Shown here piece after piece: positions 12,930 through 26,469 of a DNA stretch of 64,000 nucleotides (its first letter is position 1; each line of letters begins with the position of its first letter). Under the pieces are notes generated by a model. It was not told the DNA's origin, searched no databases, and saw nothing but the letters and a program-made list of their open reading frames with translations. Both the position numbers and the translations under genes were made by a program. Origin of the DNA: Octopus sinensis (taxonomy: Eukaryota); the NCBI RefSeq assembly GCF_006345805.1, contig NC_042999.1, forward strand, positions 29,698,001 to 29,762,000. Direction: 5' to 3'.

Positions 12930-12959
12930 ATATATGTATATATATATATAATAATATAT

Positions 12960-13050
<91 letters not shown>

Positions 13051-13079
13051 TATATATATTATATATATATATGTATATA

Positions 13080-13152
<73 letters not shown>

Positions 13153-13156
13153 TATA

Positions 13157-13199
<43 letters not shown>

Positions 13200-13220
13200 T
13201 ATAGATATATATATATATAT
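12930..13220. repeat. Long interrupted (TA)n microsatellite (others at 9039-9112, 9655-9773, 19032-19118, 28010-28073, 51797-51880 etc.)
   Basis: Seen directly. Confidence 0.95.
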
Positions 13221-13839
13221 AAATTACTTTGGCAAGATATTCGAAATATTTCACGTCTAATCAAATTTATTATTCTTTCTATCAGATAATGTTCTTACAT
13301 TTTTTACGTGTGATTTTGCGCCGTGATTATATCATTATCCTATGAGAGCATCTATTATCCTTATCTATTGTTTCTGGTGTCACCTTATTTTTATATTTTG
13401 TATTTAGTTTTACGTTTACTTTTTACTAAAGTAGTTTACCATTGGATATAAGTATTGTGTTTACTTCAAAGAATATTCCGAAATATCATTGTTACAATTT
13501 GTTTTCTTCGCGTTGTTCAGTTATTTCATCACAGTACATATATTTAATCTTGTATATATATATATATTCCATTCCTTGATATATGATTTCTTAGTATAAA
13601 ATGTATCTTTTTTCTTTCACCATCATTTGCACACAATCTCATTAATGATTTCATAGTATTTTCTTTATTATAGGTTTCCTTTAATCTTCCTTAGTTTTCA
13701 ACTTGTTCATTCCATCCTCTATGAGCTGTTTCAGATTCTGCATACTTGCGTTTTTCAACTTCTGCTGTTGCAAGCATATTTTAGCTTATAGAAAATTTTT
13801 ATATGTGCATATATATAAATATGTGTGTGTGTGTATGTG

Positions 13840-13873
<34 letters not shown>

Positions 13874-14619
13874 ATATAATATATATATATATATTATATA
13901 TATATATATGTATCTATGTATCTATGTATGTATGTATACATAGTGTGTATAGATAAAGCGGATAGAGAGAGTGCGTGGGGATGGGGATTAGAGGACAAAC
14001 AAATATATTTTTGATTTAAAATTGGTTAGTCAATAATATGCCAAATTACGGCAGCTCAGTAACATATATGTTATTTTTTCCTTTCAATTCTTTCAGAATG
14101 TATGTTGTTTGCTTTGTATCTTTTTATTTCTACAATCAATCTCATAGTTTAATATATGATATATCTTGTATAATTTGTGCTTCTACATGTAATATGTTTT
14201 TAGTGTTTCATAAAAAAATCTTTATATATTGGTTTTATTTACAGATTTTCAGATTTTCCGCTCTTGCATATGGGTCTGATAAATGTTTTTCGACATTTAA
14301 GAACGGTATGTTATTTCTAGTTAGAAATATTTTCTCCGCAAATGTAATAAGTATTGTTGATTTTATGCCGGCAATAAGCGAAAATATACTTGCAAAATAT
14401 AATTCGAAATATTGCTCAGGTATTTAAGTAAATATGCAAAACTATGCTGGATAATATATTGCTTGCTTTAATAAAGGAATTGATTATAACGGTTTTGATA
14501 TTATACAGGTTTCCCACTCTTTTACATTTCAACCCATATATTCAGAATTGATTTTGTAAAACATGTATTGGATGAGTGAAAACACACATTTATGGTCTTA
14601 TATTTTATAATATACGAAG

Positions 14620-14765
14620 TAAAATTTCCGCCGAATTCGACTTTGCCTTTCCTCCTTTCGGAGTTGATAAAGTAAGTACCAGTTGCGTACTGGGAGGTCG
14701 TTCTAATCGAGTGACCCCTTCCCCAAACATTTCAGACCTTTTGTGTAGAATAGAAAAGAATATAT
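14620..14765 (+). mobile_element. SINE 3' fragment (same family relics at 16930-17130, 34960-35110, 35560-35820)
   Basis: Recurrent motif GCCGAATTCGACTTTGCCTTT..GATAAA..AGTACCAGTTG..CTGGG..GTCG shared among the copies. Confidence 0.55.
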
Positions 14766-16134
14766 TTAGTGGAATTTAATTGTATTAGCGTTTTTTTTTA
14801 CCCGTCCTGTTGGTGGTCATCCAACATTTGCTGCTGCTTAACCTGGTATGAGTAGTCTTCGAATGAGTTAAAAGGTGTCGTTTCTAATAACGTTTCATTG
14901 ATTTCGTGCGAACGTAGCTGAGTAGTCAACAGATGCGTGTACCTATAATATGATGATTGAAAGGTATAAATATGAGACAGAGTGTGGGAAATTTCAAACT
15001 ATATTTTGACGATGAAAATCACTCTCCTGGAATTCATCAAACGTCCCTCGTGGCTGCAAAACTATTATATCAGTATACAGGCTACCATGTCACTATGACT
15101 ACTAGATTAAGCATATAAGAAAATAAGTGTTCTCCGGATATTTCTTTTATAATGAGATCTATTTTATGGAAAAGGCAACTGCAAGCTTTATCACATGTTT
15201 AAATATATATTTGCAAACTTATTTCTAATACGAATGACGTAGGAAGAGGATTTAACATTGGTTGTGTTGCGATGTACTTGAGTTAAATGGTTCAAAATAT
15301 ATATGACACATTAGAATGACACAAAAGAATAAAAAAATGAGGTAAACATAAAAATGAAACTAAAAAAAACCGGTATACAAAAATGTCGATCACAAAAGAA
15401 ATTATTGGTCTTGATAAGGAAGCTGTCAGACGGTATTAGAGCACGATTGTTTTTTTCACAATCAAAATTCATTAATTACACAGAAATTCATATTTTACGT
15501 CGGCTCGCTCCCTGTATCTAGAGGTACAAACATATATATATATATATATATATACATACATACATACATGTGTGTGTGTGTTTATGTTTGTATGATTAGG
15601 CATTTAGAAATGTAGCGGTCAATAAACAGTTTGGCGGAGAGTTATCTGATCGTTACTAGTTGAGATAGAGCCGCGAGTGGCAAAGTAACAAAATTCCTTG
15701 TACAAAAGAAGGAAAGAAGTAAATCTACGAATTGCCACATAAAATTATATTTACTATTATTTGAATTGCAAAGTTTAGTAACTTAAATCTAGAATTACAA
15801 ATTACAAAAGTTTGTTGTGCAAACATTAGAATTAAATTGTCTTTGCAGGAAAATCATATATGTAATAACAAAGAAGAGATTACGACACAGTAAAGGCGTG
15901 ACAGCCTCTAGGATAATAGCTGATGGCAAATCTCTGGATTTGTGAACTGTTTTTAAAAAGAAGAGCTTTCCAGAACAGTCCTGTAACTCAAAATCTAGAC
16001 GCTTCCAAACGCGCCCGCGACAATTAGTTACAGTGAACGGAGCTCTCTCGATATATTTTCTGGCAAAGGAATCTAATTCTACGATTTAATACAGAACTAT
16101 ATGTAGTTATATATTTGTCTATTCATAATTGGTA

Positions 16135-16378
16135 GAGGCGCGTGTCTTTGTGGTTAGGATGTCAACATCATGATCGTAAGATTGTGGTTTCGATTCCTGG
16201 ACCGGGCAACGCGTTGTGTTCTTGAGCAAGAAACTTCCTTTCATGTTGCTCCAGTTCACTCAGCTAGCAAAAATGAGTAACGCTGCAATGGATTGGCGTC
16301 CTGTCCAGCTGCGGAAGACAAACGCAATTGAAACTGGGAAACCGGACCCATAAGCATGGCTAGGCTTTAAAAGGGCGT
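16135..16378 (+). mobile_element. tRNA-derived SINE (second family)
   Basis: GAGGCGCGTGTCTTTGTGGTTAGG head, B box GGTTTCGATTCC, body with GCAATGGATTGGCGTCCTGTCCAG. Confidence 0.7.
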
Positions 16379-17406
16379 ATTTATATTTTTTATTCATAAG
16401 TGTGTGTGTGAGAGAGAGTATGTTTTTTATATTAAAATTTGTAATGCAAAGGAAGGTGATAATGGTTTTTATTCCTTCGTTAGGATCGCTTCAGCAATAT
16501 ATATTTCAGACCCATCATGAATATAGCTAATGTCTATGACATAACTTACATTGCTTGTGAGTCACATGTTCATCAAGTTAGGCAAATATTTGACGTAAGC
16601 ATAGAAATCAAGCTTCCAGTGATTTGCATTACCTTTTTCCCTGTGTCTGACGAGATGAAGAAAGATCTGATGTAATATATCGCTATATTCTATGATTATT
16701 TTGATATTCCCTATCTGTCAGAAATATGCTTTGTTGAAAAAATCTTTCTGAAATAACGTATGTAATAATATCACTTTCTTTGATTTACTGTATTAAATTC
16801 TGTGGCACTTAAATTCATCAATAAAATATCCCCTCATACGTAACTGTTTACTGTAACGAAACTGTCCATTTGTAAGCAATCTGTATTCCGCTATTAACTT
16901 AAATGCTGAATTTAATCTCCAATAATTTGCGAGGAACAGACAGAGTCGTTAGGCAAAATGCTTAGTGGCATCTCCTCATTCTTCATGTACTGAGGTCTTA
17001 TTTCGCCGAGGTCGATTCTGCATTCACCCTTTCGCTGTCGTTAAAATGCATACCAGTTGAATACCGGGCAAAGTGTAACCAACTTTCTGTTTCACTAAAA
17101 TTGCTAGCCCTGCGCCAAAATTTGAAAATAATATGTATATATCGTATGTTGGCGAGAGGACAATATTAATTGGTATGGAAAGAGATGTGTTCAGATCCTC
17201 TTATAAGATGATATATTAACATCATTAATGGAAAGAGGCTTACAATATCTGATCAGTATTTCTCTCACTTTACTTTCTATATGGATATTCCCTATTGAAT
17301 ACAAAATATAAGCTGCCTCCCGGATTAATGAAATGCAGTCACTCACCGATTCCAAAGTCTAAAATGCTATCCATATTTCCAGTAAATCGTCTCTATCCTC
17401 TGGTTC

Positions 17407-18369
17407 ATATGATCCTGAACACTTGATTGCTTGTGGCAAATGAACGTGCTGCGTTAAAGTCAACTTGAAAATACTATCGTTTGTAACCTATACAGGAATT
17501 TACTGTGGAAGACCGGCTGCATAAGGAAAAGAAAAGAAAAAGCTTCCCGAAGTTATATATATTTCATACATCTCTGAAAATTTAAATAGAAACCTTCGTT
17601 ATGAAGTATAGGCTACACAGCTAAAAATTGTTGTATACTAACTGTAACGTAACAGTGTGTAGCTAATAATCCTATAAACAATGTCTTATGCGATATAGTA
17701 TTTTGTATGTGTACCCTGCGAAACACAATATCTTAAGTTTTGAAAAACAGTAAATGAGAATAGATATACATACCTATATATGCAAACACACATTTATATA
17801 AATTGATGCAGATATATACGTGTGAATGTGTATATGTAGAAACACACAAGAATACAAACGCACGCGCGTACAAGTAAGACACACACGTATATCTTGCATA
17901 TATTCATATGTAAATAAATATGTATAAAAAGAAACTTTGCGATTAATATTTTGAAAATTTTCTTTTCTTTCACTTTCCATACGATAAAAAGAAAACGAGT
18001 GTCACACGAATATTTTATGGCATCCCCAGACAAAGAAAGCCGATATTGTTCAAAATGATGCATTTGTAAACAGAAACTACGAAGAATCACAGTTATTTGA
18101 AGTGCATTGTGTAGAAATCGTGTCTGCAAAACGACAAAGCAAAAAAAGAAACATGAATAAGCTTACCATTTCAGTTTTGAAGATGAACAATAAAAGTTTG
18201 TCATTATTCTTTGCACGAATAATTTTTTTCTAAATTTGGAATATGTTTTTCATGTCATCCACATTGAATTATAGGATTCTGTATAGGATAAAAATTATCT
18301 CACTTCCAGGTTGTCGATAATACAGAAAGTTTTTTTTGCCACAAGGAAGCAACTGTTCAGGATCATATA
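17407..18369. mobile_element. Putative old non-autonomous DNA element with ~100-bp inverted arms
   Basis: Outer 34 bp match 31/34 in inverted orientation (TTTGCCACAAG.AA.CAA.TGTTCAGGATCATAT); similarity decays inward; TA at both outer ends. Confidence 0.45.
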
Positions 18370-19041
18370 TTTTTCGACATTTTGAAACAGGAGAAAGAGG
18401 CGCAAGGTAAACCCAAATTTTAACTTGACACATCAACTAATGAACAGTTTCTACAGTATTTGAGTACGATAGACACCGTCAGGAACACGGTTTTCTTACT
18501 AACGTTTGGTTACACGTTCTTAAATATCATACCTAGTGAATAGCATCTTCTCATAGACTAGTTATAACACAAACCTTTATCAGAAATGACTTGTACATGT
18601 TGGAGCGGAAAACATCTTGAACAGCATTATATATGATAGGGATAGATATAGGAAGAGCAAAGCACATAAAGACTCTTTGCTTACAGGAAATTAAAATTAA
18701 TATAAAAGAATGAAGTAATATTCCACGTCGACCTTTGGGTGTCAAATGGTACATAACGTAAATCAGCAACAGTAGATTTCATATACAGTGCCACTAACGA
18801 AGCGTGAGCCCCGGATTCTCTCTCTCAAATCCAAAACACACAAAGAGGAAGAGAATCACATTCTAAAAATAAAGGCACCTTCCATTAAATAAACAAAAGT
18901 GTACGTCATCATAAAGGAATTATCATAGATTGTGATTATGGTATGCTTATGTGAAAAGACGTAACAGAAATAAGGGAACTACAGAAATAACATTCATAGC
19001 ATAAAGATAAAAGATCTGATACAACATCGGATATATATATA

Positions 19042-19114
<73 letters not shown>

Positions 19115-19118
19115 ATAT

Positions 19119-19272
19119 ACCGGAGTAAACACATATATGTGAAACAAGGTGGAAAAAAGATTACTCAAATACCAGGGGTAGAGTAATATGCTTTATTTAA
19201 AAGCAGCAGAAATTCAACAGAACCTGTTACTCGGAGTTTCACGTTCCCGTTCGTCGGACAGTTTTGTTATAC
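19119..19272 (-). mobile_element. ~150-bp hammerhead-bearing mini element embedded in (TA)n
   Basis: Island of unique sequence between two microsatellites. Minus strand: hammerhead motif, then AATAAA, then a (TA)n tail. Confidence 0.55.
19221..19264 (-). ncRNA. Minimal type I hammerhead motif with CCGACGA core
   Basis: Minus strand: AAACUGU-CCGACGA-ACG(GGAA)CGU-GAAA-CUCCGAG-UA-ACAGGUU. Stems I, II and III all pair; GUA cleavage triplet. Confidence 0.7.
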
Positions 19273-19295
19273 ATATATATATATATATGTATGTA

Positions 19296-19394
<99 letters not shown>

Positions 19395-19396
19395 AT

Positions 19397-19457
<61 letters not shown>

Positions 19458-21279
19458 CTGTATATATACATATGTATGTATTTGTGTGTGCAGCCATACA
19501 TACACACATGTATTGTGCATAATACTTTTATTTTGTTTTTGTATTTATCAACATATTTAAGTTGCGTACCTGTAATTTCATTGTACCTACTTCTACTTGT
19601 GTATGTTTTCAATTCTAGCTTTTATCGATAAACAGTTTTATTGATAAGAGAGACATGAATGTATATGATATTTGGTTAGATGAAATGCAAGAAAATACAA
19701 TTTATGTGGCAGAAACAAATCATATTCATTTATCGTGTCTGGTTTGGATTGAATATTATTTTCTATTGACCCGAGTACTTACTGAATATCTGTATAACTG
19801 CGCAACATCAGTTGAACTAAATTATATTAATAACTGTCCACTCTGCTGTAACAAACAATGATTGATTAACACTAGAAGAGAATTGCTGAAAATTTCGATA
19901 TTTTGTTTCCCTAATTTTGACACTCGTTTTTATATGTTCCTGACAGTAATTACTATTAATTTCATATGTTACGATGGCTGAAAGTTGTAAAATTTCTGTA
20001 ATGGTATCAATCATAATCTGAATGATTGAAAACTTGTTAAATGACTTATATTCCTCATATATCTCGAGACAATCATTACACAAGATTGTGGCACTTTTGA
20101 TGTGCTCAAAGTTAAATATTATACAAGCCACACAGTTGTTATATCTGGTTTCTTTTCAAGTGTATTAATGTATCCATTCTCAATATTTATATAGCAGCAT
20201 AGGTTTTGCTATATACTTCATTTAAGTTCAAGTGAGTGGAAACACGGAAGCCAACAAAATGTAGAATGAAATATATGAGTGCGATGGCCCTCAATTCGAA
20301 TTGAATGTGATAGGATAAATTGTGGAAGAGTAATCCTTGTTTTTAAAACATAATGGGTAGAAAATAGTAGAACAAATGAAGTATGCCATCTAGGATAATT
20401 TTGTACTCATTTAATTTAACAAATTAAAGAAAGGTTTGGCTGAACGTACGCTAAAAAAAACTTCACATAATTTTTCTTGTTGTGAGATCATGTAAGTCAG
20501 TAAATAAAGCGTCTATTATACGGCGCAGAGAGGATTAAAACAAATGTTATACTACTGCTTTTGGTATGATATTTACTACTGGAAGTACTTTTAATCCTGA
20601 TTATATTACTCTATACATTTATACAGAATAACGTCTCGATATGAATCTAAGTAATATCAGATGTAACCGAGTTGCTATTTAGCTCAATATTGTAGTCTAA
20701 CAATTAAAATTACAATATATATTTCCAAGGCCACTTCAAACCTAAAAATTACTACAGAGTGTGCTAGTACTTTTGGATCTCTCGATTCAGTGAACTTCTC
20801 CGCAACATAGAAGTATAACAGAAATTGTTATACTACTTGAAGTACTGGAGGATTTAGTCCGCTTCAGCTATTTAGTAAGCAAAGATATCAATCTTTGATA
20901 TTCACTCTCTCGTCACGTCTGCTAAGAAACACTCTTCTGTTTCGTAATTCTCCTATGGACATTTTTGTAGTTACTTTGTAAAAGACAGTATAATGCTAAC
21001 TCTCGGGGCTGCATTTATGCAACACTTGAAAGAGCATAATTGCTAGGTGAATAGAGCACATGTGTAGCACTTTTTTTTTCTTTCTGAGTCTCACACTATG
21101 TATCAAAGCAAGCTTCCTTTAAGAAATTATATTCTTCCACAATGCCCGGAATAAGTACTAATAGGAGAGATTATGTTTCATGGAGACAACCAAATAATGG
21201 AATCCACATTGCGAATGTGACATATTACATTAAATATAATAATAAAAATAAAATAATAATAATAATCATAATAACAACA

Positions 21280-22330
21280 ACATGCTGAACACATCTGGAT
21301 GTAGATGCAAATATTACAGCAAAGCAATCAATTACTTCTTATATATAGATGACCAAAAGTGTAGACTACGAAAGATAAACAGCTCAAAACATTAGTACAG
21401 GCAGTACATGGATTTACCAAAGAAATAAACATGAAATTAAGCTAGTTAAAAGTACCAATATCGAACTAGATATAGCAAATAAAATAAGATAATTAGATCA
21501 AAACTAGACATACAAATGAGAAAATAAAAAAAAGACAATACTATAGACAAGTTAGATTAATACTTAAAACAGAGCTGAATGCGAAAAAAACAAGATAATA
21601 GATAACAACACTCTAGTCATCCCAGTTATAATTTACAGCTACAATATCCTTAATTGGGCACTAAATGGACTAATCAAAGTAGACAGGAAAACAAGAAAAA
21701 TAATGACAGTATTTAAGATGCACCACACAAAATCTGACATAGAAAGTCTATATTTACTACATATAGAAGGTAGTAGAGACCTTATACAGCTAGTAAACTG
21801 TTACAAAATAACCACCTTAGAACTATAAAAATAATTACTTCAGAAGCAAGTAAAACTAAAATATATAGCCACAAAACATGAACAAAACAAAAAAATGTTT
21901 TCAGTCTATAATGAAGCTGAGGAATACAACAAAATTCAAACTACCTAACAACTATGAAGAAAAAGGAGAAACAACAAAAGCTGTCAAACCACTGACACTC
22001 AATCTAAAAGAAAAAAAAACAAACTTCATGGTTTAAAGTAAACCCAAAAGAAATAGACATAGCAAAATCCCAATAATGTCTGGAAAGCTCAGGACCCAAT
22101 GCAGAGTCTGAAGGATTTTTAAGTACAACACAGTACGAAAGCCACCCCAACAGAATTTACAAAAAAAATATAAAGAAAAGTAAGAAATATATGCACAGAT
22201 ACGACAGAGCTGGGTCATATATACACTGGGAGCTATGCCAACACTATCGAATAGCTACAGAAAAAAGATTCTATAGGCATACGCCAGACAAGTTTACAGA
22301 GAATGAGAAAGCAACCATAATATGTTATAA
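21280..22330 (+). mobile_element. R4/Dong-like RLE non-LTR retrotransposon relic (RT C-terminus to zinc finger)
   Basis: Frame-broken: LLYIDD, LKTELNAK-NKII..NTLVIPVIIYS, VDRKTRKIMT..MHHTKSDIESLYL, RYD..GSYIHWELCQHYRI..HTPDKFTENEK. Confidence 0.8.
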
Positions 22331-22367
22331 GCCAAAAGCATGTGATAACTATAAGAATACTTTTTTA

Positions 22368-22534
<167 letters not shown>

Positions 22535-23094
22535 TACCCTCATGCAATACCAGGAAGAATACCAGGTTCTTCGGGTTTATGAACTTAACTAATTAGAAGT
22601 GTTTTAATATACATATTCTGCTTAATACCACATATTTGCATGTCAATTTTTCACCTTAACTAGTTGAGCATGTCACTTCGTGGCTGACGATATGTGCATC
22701 TCTGAACACGAGCGGAATTACTGGGGAAGCATCATAGCCATGTGTTGAGAAGAATTCTTTGGGGTTTGGCTACTTCATATTTAGAAATATGGGTGTTACG
22801 CTAAACAGCATTAAACAACCCCTATTCAGGGACCGTTAGAGCGGGATTGGATATCCAACCTGAAAAAAAAATTCTGTGTTCCGCTAGCAAGGTCATGTGC
22901 AATTTATCTTGATATGAGATCACTCTGCCGCGTACATATTGTTATGATGCACGTGTGTGGTGTACGCTTATTAGACTAGTATACATAATGTGTGTACTGG
23001 GCTTCGTATATTTTAACCCAGTGCTACTTTGATTGCATACACTGCTCTCTTACTCAATTATAATGATAATAATAATTAGTCGTCGGTAAGTGAA

Positions 23095-23510
23095 ATATAT
23101 TCAGACATGTTAGAGTTGGGGCATATATACACTAGAAGCTATGCCTACACTATGGAATAACAACAGAAAAAAGATGGCATAACCACATCGAAGAAAGATT
23201 CACAGAAAATGAGAAAGTAACAATACTCTGCGATACGTACAGATAAAAAAATTAAGGCTAAAAAGCGGGATATAGTTGTCAGAGATCACCAAGAAAAATG
23301 GTTTATATTCATTGTTTCAATACCAACATATGACAACGTATCTCTAAAAGAAACGGAGTAACTTTCAATGTAAAAAGATCTGTAAATAGGGATAACTTGA
23401 ATGTGGACCCTAAAAACAGAACCAATTCCTTTAACAGTAGGCGCATTGCGTATGATAGAAAACATCATACGCCACACAAATTACCTTGGACTAATAATTT
23501 CCATTCTTTG
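23095..23510 (+). mobile_element. Second R4/Dong-like relic: restriction-like endonuclease domain
   Basis: RHVRVGAYIH-KLC..TENEKVTILCD..TDKKIKAKKRDIVVRD..IVSIP..KDL..PIPLTVGAL (PD-(D/E)xK RLE context). Confidence 0.75.
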
Positions 23511-23759
23511 TTTGAAGACTATTGCTTTTCACGTAGTATAATGTACCTAACTTATATAGACATTTGTGTTCAAACCGTACTAAATGATAATACAGTACAT
23601 GAATATCATTTATATTCAGCCGGTACCAAATGATATAACAATTTTTGAATAACGGAAAATGATTAACTTGCTTAGTAATAAAACGTTAGTACACATTTAC
23701 TTCTCTTACCATTAAGCATGTTTTTGTATGGCTTCCAAACATGTAAACTAAATACAAAC

Positions 23760-26087
23760 AACCATCGGTCTGGGCAGCAGCCATCTATGCTGGATCTGGT
23801 ATTCTCCCGCTATCCAAGATCAGTGTCAGACGTATCTGTGTGCGCCCCTCTTGCCAAGAGTGATCATGCGGTCCTGAAGTTCGTCATGCACACAACTTTT
23901 TCCACGCCCACGATTACTTCGCTGCCACGTAGAGTCTTCTCTGCAATTAATCTTGAAATTCTAACCGAGGCTTCCGCGCTTCTGGACTGGCGTTCCCTGA
24001 TGACGTTGTCCTCAGTTGACGAACTATGGTCATCCATCAAAGCATATGTAATCTGTTTGACTGACCAGGCAGTTCCCGTTGGGCTTCCCAAGAGGAAGAA
24101 ACACAAGCCCTGGGTGACGAAGAAGGTTAAACGAGAATGTCGACTCAGAGATATTGCTTGGGCTGAATTCAAAAATCTGGATTCGACTGCAGCTTTTGAG
24201 GTGTACAAAACTCAACGAGACCGAGCCGTGAAAATTGAAATGAAAGAAAGCTTCAGTTATGAATACAAAATCGCGGCAAATGCCAGTAGCAATCCAAAAA
24301 CCTTCTTTGCCCATGTCCAGCGGAATTCCCGCTTGAACAACCAGATTGTAACATTGGTAGACTCAACAGGCGTATCGATTGAGGACCCTTATCAACAGAG
24401 TCAATTATTTGCCGAGGCTTTTTCAACTATTTTCAAACAAGATGATGGTCGTGAACCCCTCCATTTGATAGATCGGTACCTCCAATGCTTCGATTGATCA
24501 TCACGCGGGACCAAGTCAAACGTGTTATTCAAGGCCTCGATGTCAACAAGGGTCACGGCCCTGACGGCATACACCCACGGGTTATCAAAGCGTTGGCTCC
24601 GGTCATCTGCGAGCCCTTAACACGACTATTCAATATGTCATTGGCGACGGGTGTTATACCTGCAGACTGGAGAACAGCGATAATCTGCCCAATTTTCAAG
24701 AAAGGGAGCCGCGAAGACCCGCTTAACTACCGACTGGTTTCCCTTACATCAATAATCAGCAAGATGTTCGAAACCATCCTTAAGAAAAGTATGATGCTCC
24801 ACCTCCTAAGCACAGCCTCGATCACTGATTCCCAACACGGCTTCGTGCCGAAGAGATCATGCTTGACCAACTTACTAGTAATGGAAGATTTGGTGACGCG
24901 CATCCTCGATGATAGTGATGCTGTTGACATCGTTTTATTGGACTTTGCCAAAGCTTTTGACTCGGTAAACCACCGCCTACTACTTGTCAAGCTTCAAGCA
25001 TATAGTTTCCATCCGGATATTGTACGATGGGTTGGTGCCTTCCTCTCAGATCGCTCCTTCCAAGTTCAAGTTAATGGTTCGCGGTCCGACGTCTCCAGTG
25101 CGAGCAGTGGCGTGCCTCAAGGTTCAGTGCTTGGGCCCTTGTTGTTCTTAGTCTTCATAAATGACTTGCCCGACGACCTCACGCAACACACCCTTCTATT
25201 TGCCGACGATATCAAACTGGTCGCTTCTCGCGGTAGTATAGAGGATCTTCGTCGATGCCTCCACCAAATTTGGAAGTGGTCTAACGATTGGGACCTGTGT
25301 CTGAACGTGTCAAAGTGCTGTCATCTGCCTGTCGGCTCTACTCCTGCAACTCAACTTGATTTCGAGCCGGGTCGTTTGCTGCTGGAGAGGACCGATCAGG
25401 TAAAGGACCTGGGTATCTTGGTGGATTCCTCCTTTTCGCCTTCGGCCAAGTGCGTCCATGCTGCCAACAAAGCGCCCGGAATTCTGTTTTTGATTCGATG
25501 GTCATTCGGAATGCTCACAGCAGCCATATTCCTGCCACTCTATGTCACGCTGGTGAGACCCATATTGGAGTATGGGATTCAAGCCTCTTCTCCTTATCTC
25601 CTCAAAGACATACCGCACCTCGAAAGAGTCCAGAGGCTGGCTACCCGCATGGTTCATGGTCTCAAAAATTTGTCCTACGAAGAAAGGCTGAGGACGCTCG
25701 ACCTTTATTCTCTTGAAAAACGCCGCCGCCGTGGTGATCTCATTCTCGCCCACAACATCATAAGCGGGAAGTGTAACCTCTCGAAAGAGCTGTTCTTCAC
25801 TCCTGCTCCGGAGCGTCGGCTGCGGGGTCATTCCGAAAAGCTCTACCTGCGACGATTTCATCTCAATCGAAGGAGAGGAGCTTTCTCCGTCCGGGTTGCG
25901 GATCCCTGGAACAAGCTGCCAGATGAGATGGTGAAGATGCCGACGACCGCTTTGTTCAAAGCCTCCCTGGACCTTAAGTGGCCTGAACTCTTTACATGAA
26001 CACCACCCTGTACTTAACTCCATGTCCCCCTACATGGCCTTGCTATTTGCTTTTGAGCCAAATTAACTAACTAACTAACTAACTAAC
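23760..26087 (+). mobile_element. Young 5'-truncated CR1-clade LINE (end of APE endonuclease + RT)
   Basis: ORFs 23718-24497 and 24485-25999 joined by one frameshift. Motifs MLDLVF, SDH, GPDGIHP, NYRLVSLTS, DFAKAFDSV, GVPQGSVLGP, LFADD, LERVQR, WNKLP; (CTAA)n tail at ~26062-26087. Confidence 0.95.
24485..25999 (+). CDS. Reverse transcriptase portion of LINE ORF2 (504-aa open segment)
   Basis: All non-LTR RT motifs present; it is part of a frameshifted, truncated ORF2, so probably not expressed as is. Confidence 0.85.
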   Translation: MLRLIITRDQVKRVIQGLDVNKGHGPDGIHPRVIKALAPVICEPLTRLFNMSLATGVIPADWRTAIICPIFKKGSREDPLNYRLVSLTSIISKMFETILKKSMMLHLLSTASITDSQHGFVPKRSCLTNLLVMEDLVTRILDDSDAVDIVLLDFAKAFDSVNHRLLLVKLQAYSFHPDIVRWVGAFLSDRSFQVQVNGSRSDVSSASSGVPQGSVLGPLLFLVFINDLPDDLTQHTLLFADDIKLVASRGSIEDLRRCLHQIWKWSNDWDLCLNVSKCCHLPVGSTPATQLDFEPGRLLLERTDQVKDLGILVDSSFSPSAKCVHAANKAPGILFLIRWSFGMLTAAIFLPLYVTLVRPILEYGIQASSPYLLKDIPHLERVQRLATRMVHGLKNLSYEERLRTLDLYSLEKRRRRGDLILAHNIISGKCNLSKELFFTPAPERRLRGHSEKLYLRRFHLNRRRGAFSVRVADPWNKLPDEMVKMPTTALFKASLDLKWPELFT

Positions 26088-26469
26088 CATTGATTTATTG
26101 TCATTTTATATTGTATAAGATATAAATATTTATGAATATTCATAATGTATGCCATCTTATATATAAATGGCGTTGGAACCAACGAAAATAAAATTATTAC
26201 TCTAGGTCAAATACATTTAATCCTTAGATAGGCCAACTACCAAACCGTTCACTAGCTACTTCTGATCATATACGAAAATTATTATTGAGGAAGATGACTC
26301 ATGCAGTCATACTAGTAACAATAATCACAGATACCTAAAACGGATTTCCCTCATAGCATCCGCTGTAAATTTAGAAATATATTTACACACCTCATCATGC
26401 ATCACGATAAAACTTTAATATGCATAGTTATTCAATGCTACTACTGCATGTGATATGTATATAAAAGTA

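Noticed and set aside
17343-17520. Minus-strand exon-like segment with strong acceptor and GTGAGT donor
   Set aside because: Stop codons in all three frames; overlaps an inverted-repeat arm. A non-coding exon is not excluded.
19817-20131. 104-aa minus-strand ORF
   Set aside because: No ATG start, splice signals or recognisable motif.
25502-26023. 173-aa minus-strand ORF (also 23864-24314, 24727-24990)
   Set aside because: Antisense shadows of the GC-rich LINE ORF2.
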